A DNA stretch of 58,630 nucleotides from Ancylonema sp. (Eukaryota). Under the pieces are notes generated by a model that saw nothing but the letters and a program-made list of their open reading frames with translations, did no database searches and was not told where the DNA came from. The translations under genes and the position numbers were made by a program. Below, one piece after another: positions 12,138-36,949 of the stretch. The first letter of the stretch is position 1, and every line of letters begins with the position of its first letter. The DNA lies in the NCBI GenBank assembly GCA_050230475.1, contig JBFLGF010000170.1, forward strand, positions 1 to 58,630. The letters run 5' to 3'.

Positions 12138-13840
12138 TCACCATCAAATGATGCGCGTCTGTTTTTTTAGGGGACAACCTGCATCTACATTTGCGTACTG
12201 TGCACAGATGAGGCAGGAGGCCCCTGTTCCAGGAGGGACAACAAACCGTTAGATATGCAAGTGCAGCCATGGAATCATGACAAGCCTAAGTGAAGACATC
12301 CTAAGAGGGCCTGAGGTGGGGATCAAGCAAAAACTTGTCTTATTACTTTCATGTACAGGAGTATCCTTGGTAGCCCAATACAATTTTTTTAATGAAGAAG
12401 ATCGATAGTCCGCCCTGGTCTGGTTTTCAGTGGTCTGGGTTTCATTCATCTTATATATGCACAAACTTGCAAACTGTCATCGTTTCCGTTGGTGTTTGCG
12501 ACACATGGAGTGTGACAACCCATGCTATTGGTTGTTGAGAGCATACATGTCAATGTCGAGGTGGAATGGTTGTGCGTATTCGGTGGTGTGATCGTGTGTT
12601 TTGTTGAGAAATTCATGAGTTCGTCATCTCATAATGATGTGTTCTTCTAGGGTTGGTGACGAGGAAAGAAAGTGCAATATGTTGAAACCTTTGTCTTGCG
12701 CAACTTTTCATCAGATTGTCAATAGAGTGGTCAACGAAGTTCAATGATTGCTACATGATTTTGTATGATCTCTGATCCGTGGGCCTAGGGAAGTATCAAT
12801 GGGGCTTGTTTGCCTAGCGCAAAGGTTACACGACACTATTTGCCCGATGCCAATTTTACCATGTTGAGCGATTGGGACGTTGCCGACCCGGTTCCGATCC
12901 AGAATACGCCCGATCATTTTACAATCCGGATCGGAACCGTAATCAGAAGTTGTGATCCGAAATTTCACTAGAAAACTTGATGTACAAAGATTGTGGAGTA
13001 ACACCCAAAGGATCTTCTCCTGCCCCCCCTGAAGTTTCCCCCTTATATGACCAATAACATTCCGATCCGATTCCAATCCGGTTCCGATCTCAATCCGATT
13101 CCGACCTCGATCCTGCTCAAACTTCATCCCTCTACGGCCGGGATTGGGGATCGGGACCAAATTGTTTTACATGGTGAATCATATAAATGACGGGGTGAAG
13201 TGGTAATACAACCACCTATAGAGGATGAAAGACGTGGCGAAACAACATAGCTAGGATTAGGACACCGTAGATGTATTCACAGTGAAGAAAATGTCACTAC
13301 ACAAGTGGCAGCGTGAATTCCTAGTAGCACAATCCCCGAACTGTTTTCGAGCCGGATCCTTGATAGAAGTGGTTCAACCCCAAATGGCCTGTCATTCGGA
13401 ACCATACAAAATATGAAACTTCACTACAAGACTTTGTCCAGAGGTTTACTTTTCAACGAAACCCGATAATGGGCTTTTGTTCTGGGTTGATATGAGCAAT
13501 CCAACATATTATTGAATTTTTTGATACTAGTAGCAAAAATACTCATGAAAACCCCATTCATGGTCACACGTTGGTGACGATAGTTTCTCTCTATTGTTAC
13601 GGAAAAATAACTTGCAACTTTCCGTTGTTCATACGAAAAGCAGTTTGATGGATTCATATCCCATTGTTTGATCCCGACACTTTGTTCATCTCATAACGAA
13701 CTCACATCCTCAGAATAACTCATTTTATCGCTAGGTGTTGACATATGATAACGCTCACAATTGAGTGCAATGAAATATTCTCAATTATTAGTGTTGTCAT
13801 ACTGCTTGCGGTTCTCACATATCGTTCCTTCGGTTCCACT

Positions 13841-14096
13841 TGTGAGAGATACCATCATCCATGATGCCTTCTTTACACCAATAGCTTCACGACATGCCAT
13901 ACAAGAGAGTCGAGTCTTGATTGCAAAGAGTCCGATTGAATATTATGGCGGCCGCAACTTGGCCTCGGTAATCATGCCTTGTCGGATGTATTGTTCTATC
14001 GAATACTTACTAAAATATATAGCAAGTAGGCATGTTGCCACAAAATCGATATAACGAATATTCTCAATACAACAAAGTTTCTAGCCAATTCTCACA
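13841..14096 (-). repeat. 3' LTR of copia element (256 bp)
   Basis: Direct repeat of 18913-19168. On the minus strand it is preceded by the polypurine tract AGGGAGGGGG (~14097-14107). Confidence 0.97.
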
Positions 14097-14259
14097 CCCC
14101 CTCCCTAAAAACTTTGGCACACCCCCTCCAAAAATCATGTCATCGATATCGTTTTTCACATCAAGTTTCACCCCCCCCCCAAAAAACACCCTCCCAATGA
14201 AAAAACAAACTGCCCCCTCCCAAACAAGAGGTTCCCTCCCCCCTCCCAAGCAATGACTC

Positions 14260-17200
14260 CTAAGGAGCAGCAACAAGCCCAATCATTGCAGAGTTTGCCT
14301 CAAGTATCTTAACTGGGACTGCCTTAGTGAGCATATCAGCTGCGTGAAACTCACTCTTAACAAACTGCAACCTGATCAATCCCTTGGCGACCCTCTCCCG
14401 AATAGAGTGCCACTTCAACTCAATGTGCTTGGAGCGACGATGAAATACTGGGTTTTGTGCCAGCTTGAGAGAGAACTCATTATCTCCCAGCAAGAGAACC
14501 CCAGCACGTCCAGCAATTCCCAACTCCCCCTGCAGCGGGCTAAGGTAAAGGGCCTCATTGCTAGCTGTACTGAGTGCCACATACTCACTTTCACAGCTGC
14601 TATGAGTAACCGCCTCTAGCAAGCTACTTCTCCAGCTGATCGCAGCCCCCCCACTAATGAAACATATCCTCCCCTGCCCTTGCGCGTTGCTTCATCATTG
14701 CCGTGACTGCTGTCTGAGTAGCCCCATACAGGCAAGTCCCCCCCACTTTGATACAGCAGCCCATGAGTTAAGGTGCCCCTAATGTACCGCAGCACTCGCT
14801 TTACCCCCTCCCAGTGTTGGGCTGCTGGATTTTGACTGTAGCGGCAGAGGCTGTTGACACCCGCCGCGAGGTCAGGACGCGTCCCAGAGCACAGGTAGAG
14901 AAGGCTGCCCATTGCAGATCTATAGGGAACATCCGCCACCCCCTCCTAGACGAAGTCTGCCACTGGCATAGGGTCCTTACAGAAGTCCTTGCCAACCTCA
15001 AGAGGGGTTGCTGCAGGGTTGCACGCCAGCATATTGAACTTCCCCAGCACCTCCCGTGCGTACTTCTTCTCCTGATAGAGAAACACCCCTCCATCTGGCT
15101 GCCTCCTTATCTCCAATCCCAAAAATTTGGCCTCCCCCAGATCCTGCATTCGGAACTGCTCCTCTAGCTGCACTTTGACTCCGAGAATCCTGCTCAGCTC
15201 CTTGGACAGGAGAAACAAGTCGTCCACGTAGAGGGCTAGGTAGAGGAAGTCAGGGCCAGACCCCTTGACATAGAGACCGAAATCAGATTGAAGACGGCGG
15301 AATCCTAGTCCCCGTAGAACCTCATCGATATGAGCGTTCCACATGCGGGGTGACAGTTTGAGGCCGTACAGACACCTCAAGAGGAGCCATACCTTCCCTT
15401 CATCCCTTGGCTCTCAAGCCCCCTCAGGGGGCTCCATGTAGATGATCTCCTCCAAAGGGGCGTAGAGGAAAGCTGTCGTGACGTCCATCTGGTGCATGTG
15501 CAGCTGCTGGGAGGCACCGAGGGCAACCAGCTGACGGATCCCCTCGAAACGCACAGCTGGGGAGAAAGTTTGGTCGTAGTCTTCTCCGTCCACTTGGCTG
15601 AACCCTTTTGTGACCACCCGCCCCTTGTACTTGTCTACTTCCCCATTTGCTTTTTTCTTTACCCTGAAGACCCACTTGCATTTGACTACTTTCACCCCAG
15701 GAGGTCAATTTACGACTCGATAGACATTGTTATCCTTCAAGCTGGCCATCTCAGAGTCCATGGCAGCCTGTCACTTGGCACTTTCTAGACTGTGGAGATT
15801 AGGCTGCGACACATTCTGGTGTGGTGACCTCTAGAGCCAGATGTGCAGCGTACCCTGCCACGAATCTGACAGGGGGATTCCAGAGTTCACTCTGCCAGAT
15901 CGGCGGGTATGTGGGGGTGGGGTTAGGGTGCCCACAGCTGCCCCACCCGCATTTCCGACCCCAGCTCCGGCTCTGGCTCCCATCCCAGCTCTAGCAACAG
16001 CCCGTGTTACGCCACCTTCCGAGTGACCGGCCCCGACTGGATTCTCAGCGTCTGCATCGCTGGGATACCCATTTCAGGGCCGTCCTCTAGCTGCTCATCC
16101 ATGGAGCTACCCCCGCTTGAGTTGGTGACGAGGTCAAGAGCATCCTGATCCTGACGGGGAGGATGGTCCTGACGCTGAGGTAAAGGAGTCCCCACAGCGT
16201 CAGGGATTGCATCTTCCCCGCCGCCACCCCAACCTCCCACTCCCCAACTGCCACCTCCGGCACCCCCGTTTCTAGCACCCGCACCTTCAGCTCCTCTACC
16301 ACCATCACCCCATCCTTCCCCACCCCCACCTCCAGCGCCTCCACCACCGTCAGCCCAACCTTCACCACCCCCACCTCCAGCACCCTCACCCTCGCCAGGA
16401 CCTCCAACTCCAGCTCTTGCAGCACCCTGGACGCCATGGCTAGCTCCCCTTCCTCGTCGCGGCGAAACAAGCCACTGAATCTCCTCAAATTCAAGAGATT
16501 CAGCGAGCCTGTTTTTCTTCCCCAGCTGCTGCCCCTTCCACCACTCTGATGGGACAGATTCGTCGAAATCAGCATGACCGACACCAACGTTACTGACGAC
16601 GTTGGTGGTGGGGTCCCACACCCTGTAGCTTGAGTCTTTGAAGCCCACATTGACCCCGATCCACGCCAAGGGTCCCATCTTCCCTTTGCGATCGCGCTTT
16701 TCCATCCGCACGTAGACAAGACCTTGCAGCCATATGCGCGCAGGTGGCTGACGTTTGGCGGGTTGCCACTCCACATCTCCTCCGGGGTTGTTGGGAGGCC
16801 CACGACCTGGCAGCGATAACGATTTTTGAGGTAGGAGGCGAAGGAAATCGCTTCGCCTCAGAGGCCAGAGAAGGGAGCTTCATACCGACCAGCATGAACC
16901 GAGCGCGGTCCTGGAGCGTTCTGTTCATGCGCTCCGTGATGCCGTTGGCCTGAGGGGTGTGTGGGGGAGTAGGCTCGTGATTCGTTCCCCGATTTCGGAG
17001 CCAGAGTGAAATCTCCCATCAATAAACTCCCCCCCGTTGTCTGACCGCAAAATCTTGAGTTTTCTGCCAGCCTGAGTCTCCCAGATCGCGATCCACTGTT
17101 TTAGCCGCTCAGCAGCCTCGTCCTTGGAGCGCAGAATCTCCACCCAAGATTTTTTGCTGTACTCGTCGACAAACACCATATATACTTGCCACCCCCAAGG

Positions 17201-18934
17201 GAGGCTGGAATGAACGGGCTAGCAAGATCCATGGACACCCTACCGAGGCACACCTTCTCTCCGAAATCAGCATGTTTGCGAGGGTGCGGTCTGTCATGCG
17301 ATTTTCCCATTTTATAACCCTCGCAGTTGACGAAAGCTCTAGAAATGCCGCCCTCAAGCCCCCTCACCAGATTTGAGCTTGCCATGGCTCTGAGCACGCG
17401 CTCATTGGCGTGCCCCAGTCGCACGTGCAAGCGGTTCACGTCAACAGCGGCAAGCACAACGTCCCCTTCTCAAGGATTTTTTCGAATCTGAGGGGTGCAG
17501 ATGAGGGTGTGGCGGCCTGCCAGGCTTTCCCGAAGAGTCGCAACCTGCTTGCCGTCCTCGCGCAGCAGAGGAACTATCTGGCCCGGTTTCCCCGCACAAT
17601 TGTAGCTCCACTTGGCCTGCCGCATCCGTTGCCCGCTGATGAGATTCAGGCGCATCCCAGGGATGTACACGCAATTGTGTAGAGTGATGCCGCCACATTC
17701 TCCATGTGTCTGCAGGTGGACAGTCCCCCACTGGTTCCCCTGGACCGTACCCTGGAGTTGCCTAAGCACCAACTCGTGCGGAATATCCTCGATGGTCGAG
17801 AAGTGGCTGATGTTGCCGGCTGTGTGGTCACTGGCCCCCCCGTCAATCAGAAATTCTGGATTGCCGTCCAGATCCCCAACGCAGGCTTCGCCAAGACAGA
17901 TTTCGCCATGACCGAGACCCAGGTCCTCGAATTCTCCTACCAGGGCGCTCTTTTCTGTTTTCCGGCAGCACGTCGTCCAGGCGGCACCCCATTCTTTTTG
18001 TCGTAGCAACACCGGGCAGTGGCCGATGGCCTAGCAGTGATTGCAGATCTGTCCCTTGTCAGGGCAGTCTCTGCTGATATGACCGGAGATCCCACACGAG
18101 TAACACGTGATTGTGCCCCCGCGACCACCGCCTGCCCCTCGACCAGATCCGCTTCCTTCCCCGCGTCCTCCTCCACCGACGGCCATAATTACCCTTCCCG
18201 GCAGCTCGGTTCCACTTCGCATAGTTGACCTCCGCGACTAGCGCTTCGGCCTTGGCTGTTTTTTTCTCCTGAGCATCCTCGAGCTCGTTGCGACTGAGCT
18301 GACCCCAGATCCAGCTCAAGCCAAGTGGCTCAACCTGCGAGAAGTATGTCGCCTTCAGCTTCAGGATTCCGTACTCCTTGCGCGGCATCCCCGCAAAGAG
18401 CGCCATGACCTTGTCTTCGCTGATGACTTGACCAACCGGCAACTGGTATTCCAGGGCCTCTATGATAGCCGTGAACTCATCCCTAGTGTCCCGTACACTC
18501 TTAGATTCGTCGATTCTGAACGAGTTTAGCTTTTGCTTGGTGAGTTGCCTAAGCTCAGGCGAGACTTGATCATAATCCCGAATCAACTTGTCCCACATCC
18601 CCTTTGGGTCCCGATCCTTCCGGTATTTTTCTAGACCGCGCATGTTGTTGCTCACGAGCGACATGGTGAGCATGACCGCGCGCTTGCAGTTCTTCCGGTA
18701 CAATTTCAGGTCCTCCGTGTAGTCTTCCACTTCCTCATAATTTGTGAGATTAAGATCTGAATCTCGTTTAGACAATACCACCTCGGGCTCCAACTCTGTC
18801 CCCTCACACACTTCTAGACAATCCTCATTATCTAAAATTGAGCATGTTTTCGACCGCCATGCCTGAAATGGCACGTCCCCATCCAAGATCGTATATCTTG
18901 CTCTGATACCACTGTGAAAGTTACCATCATCCAT
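14260..18934 (-). pseudogene. Frameshifted copia gag-pol polyprotein
   Basis: Domains are split over ten or more ORF fragments in different frames (e.g. 18059-18934, 18031-18222, 17470-18012, 17101-17457, 16925-17179, 16590-16928, 16007-16774, 15414-15695, 14946-15380, 14616-14939, 14260-14622), with in-frame stops. Confidence 0.9.
18900..18911 (-). promoter_or_regulatory. Primer-binding site for initiator tRNA-Met
   Basis: Minus strand TGGTATCAGAGC, 1 nt inside the 5' LTR boundary. Confidence 0.95.
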
Positions 18935-19168
18935 GATGCCTTCTTTACACCAATAGCTTCACGACATGCCATACAAGAGAGTCGAGTCTTGATTGCAAAG
19001 AGTCCGATTGAATATTATGGCGGCCGCAACTTGGCCTCGGTAATCATGCCTTGTCGGATGTATTGTTCTATCGAATACTTACTAAAATATATAGCAAGTA
19101 GGCATGTTGCCACAAAATCGATATAACGAATATTCTCAATACAACAAAGTTTCTAGCCAATTCTCACA
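18913..19168 (-). repeat. 5' LTR of copia element (256 bp)
   Basis: Identical to 13841-14096 except for two substitutions near the PBS-proximal end (TGTGAAAGTT vs TGTGAGAGAT). Confidence 0.97.
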
Positions 19169-20154
19169 CCACTTACCAAAGGAACGGAGATTGCATAACA
19201 ATTCACAAATTAGAGGAGTGATTGAAAGTGGTACAACAAATAAAGTTAATGAAGTTGGGAGTGGAAGAAAATATTAAAGAAGACATTACTCCATAGTTTG
19301 GGTGAAAACTCGAAATCGGGCGGAAGATGTTCTATTATATAAGATTATATTAATTTCTACAGTATCAATTTGGAAAGAAATCAGTGTATGAATGAGTAAG
19401 ATGATGAAGGCGATTTATCACCCAAGAACGCCGAGCAAATGTAAAGCATCCCATACCCATGCGGTTACCCCGTATTGAGTATATGAACTCCTTCGGAAAC
19501 AAACATTTCCGTATAAAAGGGAGAAATACATTGTTGGACAACATTTCAATTGTCATGCTCTATCAATTGGAATGTAATACAATTCGTACGTTATCGCTTT
19601 CCCTTTCTCCAATATTATATAATCAAATCATTATCATTTTCGGAATTGCAATTCTACTCGGTAGTAACGTCCAAAACCGTCCAAAAACATGCAACACTAC
19701 TGTAACAACTCGAAAAAAGTGGTTCACAACTCATGATGTGAGGTGTCTTTCATTTACTCACCAAGGAGAACTACTCTATCTATAGAATCACCATCCACTA
19801 CCTTCCTAGCACATGACATTTGTTCTTTCGCCCTCGACTATTCACATTCCTCCACAATATGCACAAATTTACTCTCCTCTACCCAACAAATTTACTACCC
19901 GCCACATTGCCGACTCCCCTATGTACAAATGTTATCTCGGAAACACCCTCACATCCTTCAAGGTCCGGGACACTACAGGCCTCCTAGTGCAACAAGTCTT
20001 TTTCCTTCTACTCCAATCTAAATACACACATCTAACCGCCAAACACCCACATTCTATATTCCAAAAGCACACACACACAAACACACACACACCACAATTT
20101 TTACCTAGACATTTCCTTTCCTCCACCTCATCACCTATGTATACCCTTACCCAC

Positions 20155-28165
<8,011 letters not shown>

Positions 28166-28989
28166 AAGTTTCGAAATCAGACAGCGCGAAAGAAATTTTG
28201 AGCGAAAGGAGGGAGCGCGTCACAAGCGTTGAAAGCGTTCGAATCAGAGCGCAGAGACACTAGACGAATTATTTCGAATTCGCTACTGCAATCGCATGTA
28301 ACTAGAAGGAGAAAGATGCGGGTGTCAGTTGTGGAGGAGCAGAGAAGCATATGCGTACTCAGACTTCGCTTTCTCCAGACGAGGCGTTTTAATTTTTGGC
28401 AGTTTCCTGTGGCTCGATTCCAGGAACCTGTTATGCCACATACAGAGTACGGTGCTGCCCGCTGCGTAGACGTGCGTTGCCTCTGAGATGGCATTCAAAC
28501 CTGGACTCAACTCTGGTCAAGTTAGTTTACGGCCTGCAGACAGCTGGATGTTGACCGCAGCTGCATGGTGGTTCGATGTGACTCCGGTCAACCCAATCAG
28601 CCCGATACCACCTCACCGCGCCAGGTCGATTTCTCTGACTTGTATCCACGTCCAACATACTCGCAGCTGATCACATGTGGCACAGCGTGAGCCGTCGATT
28701 CTTCCAATCGCTATCGGATTTGCTCGTCAGGAAGAAGTCTTCTACGAAATTTACGCCGGCTCACCCCGCGCAGTACGGGCGGCGTAACGTATGCCCTTGA
28801 ATTCAGCTCCACGTGAACAATTGCGAAATCTCAACCGTTGAGCCGAAACCGCCAGACTGCACTTCTCGTATTGGCGACGCCTTTCCCGCCAACCTGACGC
28901 AGATATTTCTGGCCACGGGACACAACATCCAATCAGAGAACGAGGACCCGATAGTTTGAATGCCTAAAGTATAGGCCCTAAACCGTCTG

Positions 28990-29430
28990 CAGCTCCCCCG
29001 GCAGTTTTACAACGATGTCCACGGATCTGGGAAAGAAACTGGGCAAATGCAGATCGTCACCTGGTCATCCCTTCGGATTCAAAGTTCACCTTCTCGGTCT
29101 CGGCATTCTGAATCGCCTCTCAATTTTATCATCTGGATATTCTGGAAGGACCTCTTCCTGGATAATATTACCGTCTGCATCTTTCTCTTCCGCTATACCG
29201 ATATACATCCGAATCAGCCTTTTGTGCCCTTCCTCATAGTTCATTGTCCGCTTCGCATGACCACCTCCGCTGACTAATTTGTATTTCAGATTTGCTATCC
29301 TCGCTGTCATAGACGCGCGCTGTACATCACGCTCTTCTTGCTCAATCCGTTCTTCCTCACTACTACTAGAATCACTTTCGATACCTCTGCACATTCTCCA
29401 AACATATATTTTCAAGCGGTTGAAGTCCAT
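28990..29430 (-). pseudogene. Degenerate N-terminal fragment of a Harbinger/PIF-related plant transposase
   Basis: NYEEGHKRLIRMYIG...PEYPDDKIERRFRMPR resembles the 'GH.RL..DYF...P.Y....FRRRFRM.R' start of plant Harbinger-type transposases. The frame stops right after it. A possible terminus lies at ~29671, followed by TAA. Confidence 0.55.
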
Positions 29431-30689
29431 TTTTCCGACGAAGGATTGCCTACGAATCGACCGAGATAGAGTCTGCGATAGACCGCTGATTTGAGTTCAG
29501 GAGGCGAGAGAGGAGAGAGAGGCGAGAGAGGCGAGAGAGGCGGCAAGGACAAGTGACGTTGTTGTCGGGGGTACTAGACACTATACGCTATAGGGACAAC
29601 TGATCTAGTAGCGCTCTAGCGCTAAGTGTGGGGACCTCGCTAGGGAGCCCTAGTTACTGTAGCGCGGGTCCTAACACAAATGCTCAACATCCTTGACCTA
29701 TATGAGTTGAATTGGCAATTTCAGGGACCGAACAAATGTCCGAAATTGGAGTTGATTAGACTAAAAACTATTGTTTAGAGTCTAAACAACAGCCGAAAAT
29801 TTTCTAGATCACTTTTTCAACACACCCTACTGTAGAAACATGAGAACATACTCTCCCAAAATATTGCCGATGATAACACCATTTCAACCATGGAGTCAAA
29901 TGCCTTAACCGCAAAAAAATGTGGCAAGCTTGATATGCATAGCCATTCCTTTCCCCTTATGCATATCCGTTCCACTTTTATCCCAAACTGTAATCGGGTG
30001 ATGAACTGTGATCGCATGTTGGGTTGATATGGCTACTAGTTGTACCTTTGTCTCGCACGAGCTAAAAGTGTGCTTTCCCGTATTTTTACACTCCCATTTG
30101 ATGGCATTCCTAGCGGACATGAAAATATACCTTCCTATGATGAAGAAATGAGACCTCGTTTTTTTATGTATTGGTTAATTAATGATTCGCAAACAAATAA
30201 GGAGTCCAGTAATCATCATGTAAGATTTCCGAACAAAGATTTCAGAAACTAATCGATATTAATTTGAAATACTATAATATAATAAAACAATATAATCTGC
30301 GGGCTTCGGGCGGCGGGCCGCACCATCATGGAGGCCCCATTGCTGCCAAATAATTTAACATTTTGAAGGTTTCTTGCAGGGGATAGTTTCTTATGACAAA
30401 GTTTTTTTGTCATGATTTTAGGGCACCTAGGTGGCCCAGATGCAGAACGCTATAGAGGCGAAGATAGGCTCCTAAGCCCGACGTTGTGGCTCCGACATGT
30501 TATTCCTACACCGGGATTTCCTGATGATTTTGAGTACTCGTTTTTAGTATCGTTCAAGTGATTGATTCCGGGAAAGGAAAATAATTTAGCAAAATATTTC
30601 GGAGCACAGAACGGTACTCTCCCTGCCCCCGTATGATACTTGGCAGTGGGTACCATCATCACATTGATTGCACATGTAAGTACCATACA

Positions 30690-30900
30690 GGCCACACATA
30701 ATGACCCTCAATTAATTATGGGAAGGGGTATGGTCATTTTTTTGTAAAAAGTGGGTCATTATATAATGTGGGTCACGAGATAATAAATATTTTTGGAGGA
30801 GTTTGGATTTTTTTTTTATTGGGTGCGCGGGTTGGGTCAAATGGTTGTTCACTAGCTAAATCAATTAATTTAAAAAGATCCGGGTCATTATGTAAGGCCA
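30690..30900. mobile_element. MITE family 1 copy (degenerate ends)
   Basis: GGCCACACATAATGACCC ... GGGTCATTATGTAAGGCC inverted ends. The internal TTGGGTGCGCGGGTTGGGTCA is shared with the other copies (reverse-complemented in the copy at 1928). Confidence 0.75.
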
Positions 30901-31947
30901 CCACGATATGCTAGGAGGTGTTGGAAAACGGACAACACAGGAAGGATGGAGAGCGAAGGAAGCGTAACCCCTGAAAGACCGAAACCCCATAAAATAGTGG
31001 GGGGTCAGGTAGGCCGAAATTTTGCTTTCTTAGAAACTACATTTTATTCAACAATAATATACTCTTCTATGATTGTTGTTCAAAAAGAAAAAATGTATTA
31101 TCCTGGTAGAAGACACCGTCCGTCGGTTTCTCTTAGTCTTGTGACATCCATGACGCATTATACGTTCAAGATTACTTTCATAGTATGAGATCTTGAAAAT
31201 GGTCTTTCTTAGGCATTCACCGATTGCCAATTTTGAGACTCGAGCCTATCTCAACCAAACCTATAACCATGGTTGGGCAAGTTGCGACTCACAGGTAACC
31301 ACCAACCTCATAACGGATACCAGGAATAAAAAGACGTAGGAGAAAATGAAAGATGGAGACGAACATTTTGAGTAAAGTTCGGCACTTGGTGCATGTGGTT
31401 GGGGGAACGTTATGAGGGACACATACGGGAGGCATCTATCTTGGGAAGATAGATGCCTCACGACGTGCATTTAACACTTTGCAATCACAATCCAGACTTT
31501 CGGGCACAACAATATCACTCATGAACACACATCCCCTGTTTCCAAACTATGGACCCGCATATCATACTTACAACATGAACTACTAAGCCATGTCACCTTT
31601 GTGCGACACTCTCATAAACCATCCTCACTGCTTCCCCATTCCATGCATTGCGCTGAACATCGGAAAATGTTAGAGAAGATCTCATAACCCGTTGAGCTTC
31701 TCAAGCCTTGAGTGATTAAATCGATGTCCGCAACCCCGTCCAAATTAAAAAAACAAGTCCATATCTCCATGTGTTGAGATTGCCCACTTCACACTTGTGC
31801 CCCAAACAAAGTTTTCAGATTCCAGCCCCACCCATATCCGGGTTGCGCTTGCCAACCCTCACGTCCGCCCCCCCACCCTTCCACCTTCCCTTCCTCCTTC
31901 CACCGCCCTCCTCCCTCCTCCCTCCTCTCTCTTTTACCTCCTTTTGT

Positions 31948-35088
<3,141 letters not shown>

Positions 35089-36949
35089 TGCACTGCGTCG
35101 GGCAAACGGAAATTAAGTATCTTACTGTCCCCGGAGGTGCAAACTCAACGGGAGATGATATTTTGATGTAATGGGAGACCCAGGAAAATGCGCTACTAAA
35201 AAAATAAATGTAAGGTCGTCTGCAGAATAGAGGCGCAAATGCCATTTCACACCCGTCTGTAGCTTTTTCCCAGGAAGTTCAGGATAACAACTCCCACATT
35301 CATGGACTGCAGCCAATTATAGGGGCGTAATGGATACTTTTGACTCCCACATCATTGGCTGCGTTGACGGGGGGCGCACGTGACTTATCCAAAGTCACGG
35401 ACCTTTTGCACGGGAGCCCAACCAAACGGCTTTTGAACTCCGGGCTTCAGTGGGCTCCGGGCCCCTCACACTGGATCCTCACTTTGGGAACTCTTGGAGG
35501 CGTAGCCCGGAGTACGGAATCGTAGCCCGGAGTCCGTGGCTCGGCTCAGAGCTAGGAGCCCAGAGCCCCAAAAAAATCGCAACCCAGCCACACAGCGCTT
35601 GCTTATTTATTTTCAAGGACATGTAACCATCTATTGGACCACACCAACTGATGCATCAAACGGTGAAAATCCAAACGTGTGGGGCAACGGAGTCTACCAC
35701 CAAATATGTTTGATAAATCCAACTGGCTAGGAGAGAGGCTCATAAGGCTTTCCATGAACAACAATACATTATAGCACCTGCAATGCAATTGCACATGTAA
35801 AAGCAAGTAAAGTGTCGGGACAATGTATTGACCCTAGACGCTTCATAGGAAGGTACTAAGGAGCTCGCAAAGAAGGCGTTGGGCCGAGAAGTCTAAAGGT
35901 CAAGGGCATGCTTTAGCGTTGGAAAAGTACCAAAATACTACGTATATTATGCCTGCACTAGGTCTTACTCTTATGGGGACGGAGAGCCCCCACGATTTTC
36001 TTATCAAAGACACATATGCTTGTATGAGCAAAACTTGCGCAACCTTGCAAATGACAAGTTGCAAGGGGTTCATGCATGGGGTTAGCCATGCACTCCTTTC
36101 CTTCGCCTAAGCCAACGAGTCGGTTGAGGATGTATGTTGATGTAACTTACACACTATTGATGATAGAAGAAAAAATCATCACAATCAATCTGGCATATAT
36201 AACTCAATTGATGGGATGGGGGAGTTTCACGTCTTCGATGCCATGTTTACAAATGTACCCACGTATTCATACAACTTACAAGGATGATGTTAAGAAGAAA
36301 TGAACTTGATTGTACGTTTCATATACATATACACATATAACTCCTCGGAAGGGACGGAAACTGCAAACTACAAATGCACGTCGGAGGTTAATGGGCTACG
36401 TGATGCACACATTATTGGCCACTATTAGCGCGGGTGAAAAACAATATATATGTATTTCGTATTTTCTATGCACGGTGACTTAACATGCATCGCTGGAGCG
36501 ATATTTTGTTTATATACCCTCGCATACCACTCCATATAGTCGGCAACGAGCTCGAGCCGAGCTCAGCTTGATGTAAAGTAAAAACTATGTCTCTCCCTCA
36601 CACTCTCTCCTACTTACGGTTCGAATTCTAACACCAAAATTTAAGTACTTTTCGTGTCTAACTTTGCACACTTGCTCATAAATGTACAATGATACTCCCT
36701 ATGATCTGCATTTATTTGTCGCATGACGTATCCCTATGTGGAAACCCTTTATCTACAACATGTTAAAACATCATAATTTTCCGCGCGGGTGTGCAATTTA
36801 TGTACATTCTTTCTGAAAGAATCTACTCTTTTGTACTGTTTGACTCAGGTTTTGTGACGTCCCGTTCATATACCGAGTGGTAACGGGTTGTGGTACTGTG
36901 AGAGTTCATAACCGCACCGACATACCGGAGCAAAGTATACCCAAAAAGC

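Larger units (their letters stand above)
13841..19168 (-). mobile_element. Full-length Ty1/copia LTR retrotransposon (~5.3 kb), coding region inactivated
   Basis: TG...CA LTRs at 13841-14096 and 18913-19168; TSD CCACT at 13836-13840 and 19169-19173. Minus-strand domain order: gag, CCHC knuckle (CYSCGISGHISRDC), protease (LIDGGASDH), GAG-pre-integrase (HVRLGH), integrase (FVDEYS, LRSDNGGEF), RT (KWVF, FSQVDGEDYDQTFSP, LYVDDL), RNase H (YSDS, SCESEYVAL, KHIELKWH). Confidence 0.97.

Noticed and set aside
12880..13160. CCGATCC/GGATCGG-rich tract as a transposon end
   Set aside because: It looks like subterminal repeats, but no matching TIR pair or TSD could be defined.
13761..14054. Duplicated ORF (also 18914-19126) as a gene pair
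   Set aside because: Both lie within the two LTRs of the copia element.
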